A program made the position numbers and the translations under genes. A DNA stretch of 64,000 nt, from assembly GCA_013239625.1 (NCBI GenBank), contig MU054338.1:994001-1058000 (forward strand). The letters are read 5' to 3'. The notes under the pieces are model-generated. The model did not search any database. It saw nothing but the letters and a program-made list of their open reading frames with translations, and was not told the DNA's origin. Positions 59,701 through 64,000 of the stretch are shown piece after piece (the stretch's first letter is position 1; each line of letters starts with the position of its first letter). The stretch comes from Lama guanicoe. Taxonomy: Eukaryota.

Positions 59701-60914
59701 TTTATCAGGAGGCGATGGGGGTGAGCGGGCTCCTTCCAGTTTAGACCTGATTCTGTCCATCCACTGAGGGGGGGGTGCTGAATCCCTGCCCATCAGCAGG
59801 CCTCAGCTTTTCCCTTGCTGAGGGGGACAGGGTGCTCCCCGCTGAGGGCCCTCCCACGGGTCCCACTGCCCTGCCTGGCCCTCCAGGGCAGCGGCTGGCT
59901 GGGTCTCCCCCGGCAGGGTCTTCCAGTCTGGGCTGAGTCTCCTCACTGCCCTACTGCCCACACAGGGGGCTTCACCAGGGGTGTGAGTTGCTGGACAAAC
60001 ATAGCTGGCCAGCAGCCTCCCGCACTGGGTGAGAGGGCCCATAGTGGAGAGAACCGGGGCTCTGCTGAAGGTGAGGGGGAGAGCTTCCCAGGGCAAGGGC
60101 CACTGGTGCTGGGCCTTGAGGGATGTGTAGGAGTTCTCTGACCGAGGCAGTCCAACTCTCTATTCCTAACCTCAGTTTCTCCATCCCTCCCCTCTCCAGA
60201 AAGAGTCCAAGAGAGGTGCTGAGGCTTGAGGACGGCCCAGAGAGGGGAAAAAAATCTCAAGACTGCACTGCAAGTGGGTCCCAGGGCCTAGCTTCTCCCA
60301 GGGGCCCTAGATAGAAGCTCCGAGCCTCATCTCAGCCCCACCATCGTACTCAGGACTTTTTTGGCTAAACCTTTTCCCCCAGCCTGGCGAGGCAGGGGTC
60401 GCGATTGAGACCATTTTCCAGCTGACGAAGCTGTGGCTCAGAGGGCCGGCACCGCGCAGTAATCCGCGGGGGCGGCGGGGCCGACGGGCAGCGACTTTCT
60501 AGAAAGGCAAGAGGCAGGAGGGAGAGGGGTGCTGTGGGAGCAAATCCCAGAGGGTCTGAAGTGAAAGGGAACTTGAAGGCCTTCCCCAACTCACCTCCCT
60601 TTGCCGCCACCTGGACGCGGACCAGCGGGCTGGGACCGCCTATCGGGGGCCCCGCCCTGGGCTGCAGTGGGGCCGGCTGCCCCCTGCCGGTCACAGCGGG
60701 AACCGCGGGCCAGAACTGCAGAAAGAAGGCCCACCGTTAGCGCTTGCTGGGCGCTCCGTGGAGGTGCTGATTGGCGAGTCTGTACGGCCTTTGGTCTCCT
60801 TCAGGGCCTCTGGGACCCCCAGGAGTCACCACAGGCTGGAGGCCCTGGTGAGGGGGCCGGGGGCTGAGGGGACCTGCCGGGCAGATGCAAGTTGGACCCT
60901 ATTTGGGGGTTCGA

Positions 60915-61460
60915 CGGTGTAAATGAGGATATTGGAGGAGACAGTGGAGGTGAAGAAAACACAGCAGTGGGATGGTGGCGATAAGAAAGAAAGGTGGTGG
61001 GGGTGGGGTAATGCTTAGCATGCACGAGGCCCTGGGTACCATTCCCAGAATCTCCATTTAAACAAAAGGACGGAAATGATGTGGGGGAAGGTGACAATGG
61101 TGGAGGTGATAAAACGGAGGTGACGGCGGTGGGGGTGCAAGTGGAGGAGATGAGAACAGAGGTGGTGCTGGTGTGATGGCAGCGAGGGTGATGGAGGTAG
61201 GCTGTGGGGGGTTGCAGGTGGGGGGGGCTGCAGGTGGTGGAGGTGATGGTGGCAGGCGGGTACTGACAGTGGTGGAGATGGGGCGACGGAGGTGGAGGTG
61301 GAAGGCATGATGAAGAAGAAGCGACACTGTTGGTGGAGGAGGTGACAGTGGGGGAGGAGATGGAGGAAGAGTGCAGCCACCACAGTGGCACTGCCCAGGG
61401 GAGATCATCGTGGAAGAGGTGGCGACTGCAGTAGCACCGCAGTGCGAGGCTGGTGGTTGG
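60915..61460. repeat. GGT/GGA-rich low-complexity tract containing a truncated camelid SINE (~61000-61066)
   Basis: ggtggtggaggtg units. ATGCTTAGCATGCACGAGGCCCTGGGTACCATTCCCAG is the SINE core. Confidence 0.75.
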
Positions 61461-61789
61461 GGCTGGAGGTTAACTCCCGGGCTTGTGCACCGGCCCCTCT
61501 CACCCAGCCCTGCTCCCTGGTCAGTCCTTCTCTGGCAGCCTCAGTTTTCACTTCTGTGAAAGGGGCCCATACCCAGGCCTCTCCTCCTCCCGGAGCTGCC
61601 TGCAGGGACTGCAGTGGCTTTTAGGGCTGGCCGGGGTGATCCTGGGTGCCTGGAGGGATACTGATGGGGGGAGGGTGGTGATAGGATGGGCCCGCTGATG
61701 GGGGCTTTGGGCTGCCTCCCGCGCACTGCACTCGCACCTCTGCCTGGGGCAGGGCCCTGCAGGCCGGCACCACCGGGGGGGCTGTGGGG

Positions 61790-62015
61790 GATGGGAGCAA
61801 TGACAAAAGCTGCTCGCTGTAAACAGCTCCGACTGGAGCCCGGATCGATCCGGACTGTGAGGAGCTGTAATTAGATTGAATGCAGGGAAGGGGGGCAAGC
61901 GGAGCCTCTTTTTGCTGCGATCGACAAAATGCGAAGTTTTTTCACGACTCTGCTTCGCCCAGCCCCTCCCCCAGCCTCTGCCTCTGGGGCCCCCATTAGG
62001 CACTTGATTGGAGGA
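61790..62015. promoter_or_regulatory. Intronic candidate enhancer
   Basis: TGTAAACA 61818-61825, GATCGATC 61843-61850, TAATTAGATTG near 61868, GATCGAC near 61919. Confidence 0.5.
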
Positions 62016-62649
62016 GGGGGAGGCAGGTGGCAAAGGGGAGACCCACATCCTTCTTCCTTCCCATCTGGACCAGTCAACCCTTGCTTCTGTCTTGCCCCTG
62101 CCAGGACTTGCTGAGCGACCTTGGGCAAGTGGCTTACCTTCTCTGAATAAACAGAAAGGCAAATCCCTGACTTAAAGAATTATCATAAGGATTAAAAGAT
62201 GCGGCACATGTAAGACCCTCAACGTGCAAAGCTCTTGCAAGCTTTCCAAAGAGTATTTGTATCTCTGTCCCTCCTGTAAATGCATAGTCAGTTCATGAGT
62301 AAATTGCTAAATGAATGAATGAATGCATGCATGAGGGAATAAATGAATTGAAGATTACAACAGGCGGGCAAGAAGGGCTTCTCTCAGAATATAAAGGCCT
62401 GGGCTGAGTTTTGAGTCTTCCCTGGCCTTGCTGCCTGAGACTCAGTTTTCCCTTGAAAGAATGGGTGATGTGGCCTCCTCCCTGTGACCCTTGCAGGCTG
62501 GCCAACTTCCAAAGAGATGGGAGGTCAAGGCAGTTTCTGGCACTTCCTTCCAACATTTCTTTATGCAAATAAAATATGAACAAATGTTCTCACTCCCCCC
62601 CCATTCGGTATATAAGTCTGCCTGGTACACTGTTCATCCCCTAGGTTTA

Positions 62650-63800
62650 CCTCACCGAGTGCTAGGATTGCATTTCCTTTCTTGTACAGCTGTTTGTTTT
62701 TCCAGGAGTTAGTGGTTGCCAATCACAAACTCCTCCTACATTCCCCAACGAAATGGAAAACCAACACATGTTAGGACATCTTCCCTTCCACTTCCCTTGG
62801 TGCTCCTGCTCTGATATGGGTGGGTGGCCTTGAAGCCTTTTCCTGCAGTCTTTCAGGCTCTCCCCTCTTCCCTTGGGGGACCTCTTTTCCCTTTCTTCTA
62901 GGATGAATCACATTTCCTGAATCCCACAGCTTCCTTTTTTTATTTACTTCCTCATTGTGACGGGACACATCCTCTAGTAGCTTTCTGAGAAAGGGTGCAC
63001 AGAAGTCAACTTCAGAAGACCTTGAAAGTTTGACTATATCTTCATTCCACCTTCATGCTTGATGTTTGGCAGGGCACAAAATTCTCGCTGAATATAGTTT
63101 TCCTTCAGAATTTTGAAGGCCCAGTTCCACTGGCTCCTGATTTTTGAAAGGCCCCAAGCTACTCTGATACTTAGTCCTCCAAATGGCATGTGGCTTTCCT
63201 CTCCGAGAATTTTCACGATCTTCTCTTCATCCTGGATCCCTGACATTTCACAAGGATGAGTCTCAGGGAGTGTCTTTTTTCATTCATTGAGCTAAGTATT
63301 TCCTGGACTCTTTTAAACTAAACTCTCATGTCTTCCAACCATGGATTTTTTTTTCATTATTTCTTTGGGCTTCTCTTCCTCGAGTTCTGGGTGGCCGCCT
63401 GCTCAGATGATAAACCTGCTCAATTCATCCTCTAACTGTGTCGCCTTTCCCTCATTTTCCATCTCGGCATCCGCGTGTCGTATTTCCAGGGATATTTGCT
63501 TAACTTTATGCTGCAATCCTTACATTGACTTTCTTCCAGCTATTCTATGTTTAAATTCTAAGAGCATTGCCTTACCCTTCTGTTGCCCTTTTTGTTGAAC
63601 AAAACCCCATCCCTGTTTCACGAGCACGGTGTTTTTACATCCAAGAACATGACTGATAACTTTGCCTGATTTGCCTGTTTCGTCTGCGAGGATGGTCCTC
63701 CAGTTCTACCATTTTTCTCACCTGCTGTCTCTCTCCTTCATTAGCTGCTCTTCTGGAATATCCAGTAACCTCCGGCGATCACTCTTGCTTGATCATGAAA
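62650..63800 (-). mobile_element. Degenerate old L1 internal fragment (antisense)
   Basis: Pyrimidine/T-rich + strand with TTTTCCTTCAGAATTTTGAAGGC and similar reverse-L1 motifs. Confidence 0.6.
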
Positions 63801-64000
63801 CCTGAAACAGACAATTAGAAGCCTGTGTGTTCCAGTTCAGAGGGATCCTGGGACAGAAGTGGTACCTCAGTTCACACAGGGGAACCCATTGTCCCTGAGA
63901 AACCAGCCACAGTGCAGGGACATTCATCTATTCTTGCAGATACGTGTGGACAATGATCTGGCACGCCATCTGGTTTGGAATGTTCCAGAACCGAAAAGGC

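Larger units (their letters stand above)
49532..64000 (+). other. ONECUT3: ONECUT3 intron 1 (partial; the homeodomain exon lies beyond the window)
   Basis: GT donor at 49532 immediately after ...RLA, the usual ONECUT intron position between CUT and homeodomain. No homeodomain-encoding ORF appears downstream in the ORF track. Confidence 0.88.

Noticed and set aside
1..64000. Prokaryotic-type systems (CRISPR arrays, operons, defence loci)
   Set aside because: The sequence is clearly mammalian. No repeat-spacer arrays or dense ORF clusters are present.

Overview
This is mammalian genomic DNA, not prokaryotic. Several tRNA-Ala(AGC)-derived SINEs of the camelid Vic-1 type point to a camel, llama or alpaca. 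The only credible protein-coding feature is coding exon 1 of ONECUT3 (+ strand, ATG at 48150, complete CUT domain, splice donor after 49531). It contains a 615-N gap and an apparent frameshifting deletion near 49257-49260, probably an assembly artefact. The homeodomain exon lies beyond the window. The ~48 kb upstream and ~14.5 kb of intron 1 are GC-rich non-coding DNA with about ten CpG islands, AT-rich homeobox-motif patches and many L1, MaLR, ERV-LTR, MIR and SINE remnants. The most notable observations are four. (1) ONECUT/CUT motifs (ATCGAT/ATCAAT, often as GATCGATRGC) recur across the locus, suggesting a distributed auto- or cross-regulatory array. (2) Ancient AT-rich L1 remnants have been locally converted to very GC/CpG-rich sequence, consistent with GC-biased gene conversion. 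(3) Old L1 3'-end copies are unexpectedly similar to one another. (4) A promoter-like orphan CpG island (NRF1, GC box, RFX, CCAAT, ONECUT) lies ~18.7 kb upstream of the ATG. Repeat family names, consensus comparisons and the human ONECUT3 comparison are from memory, repeat boundaries are approximate, and motif counts are by eye.
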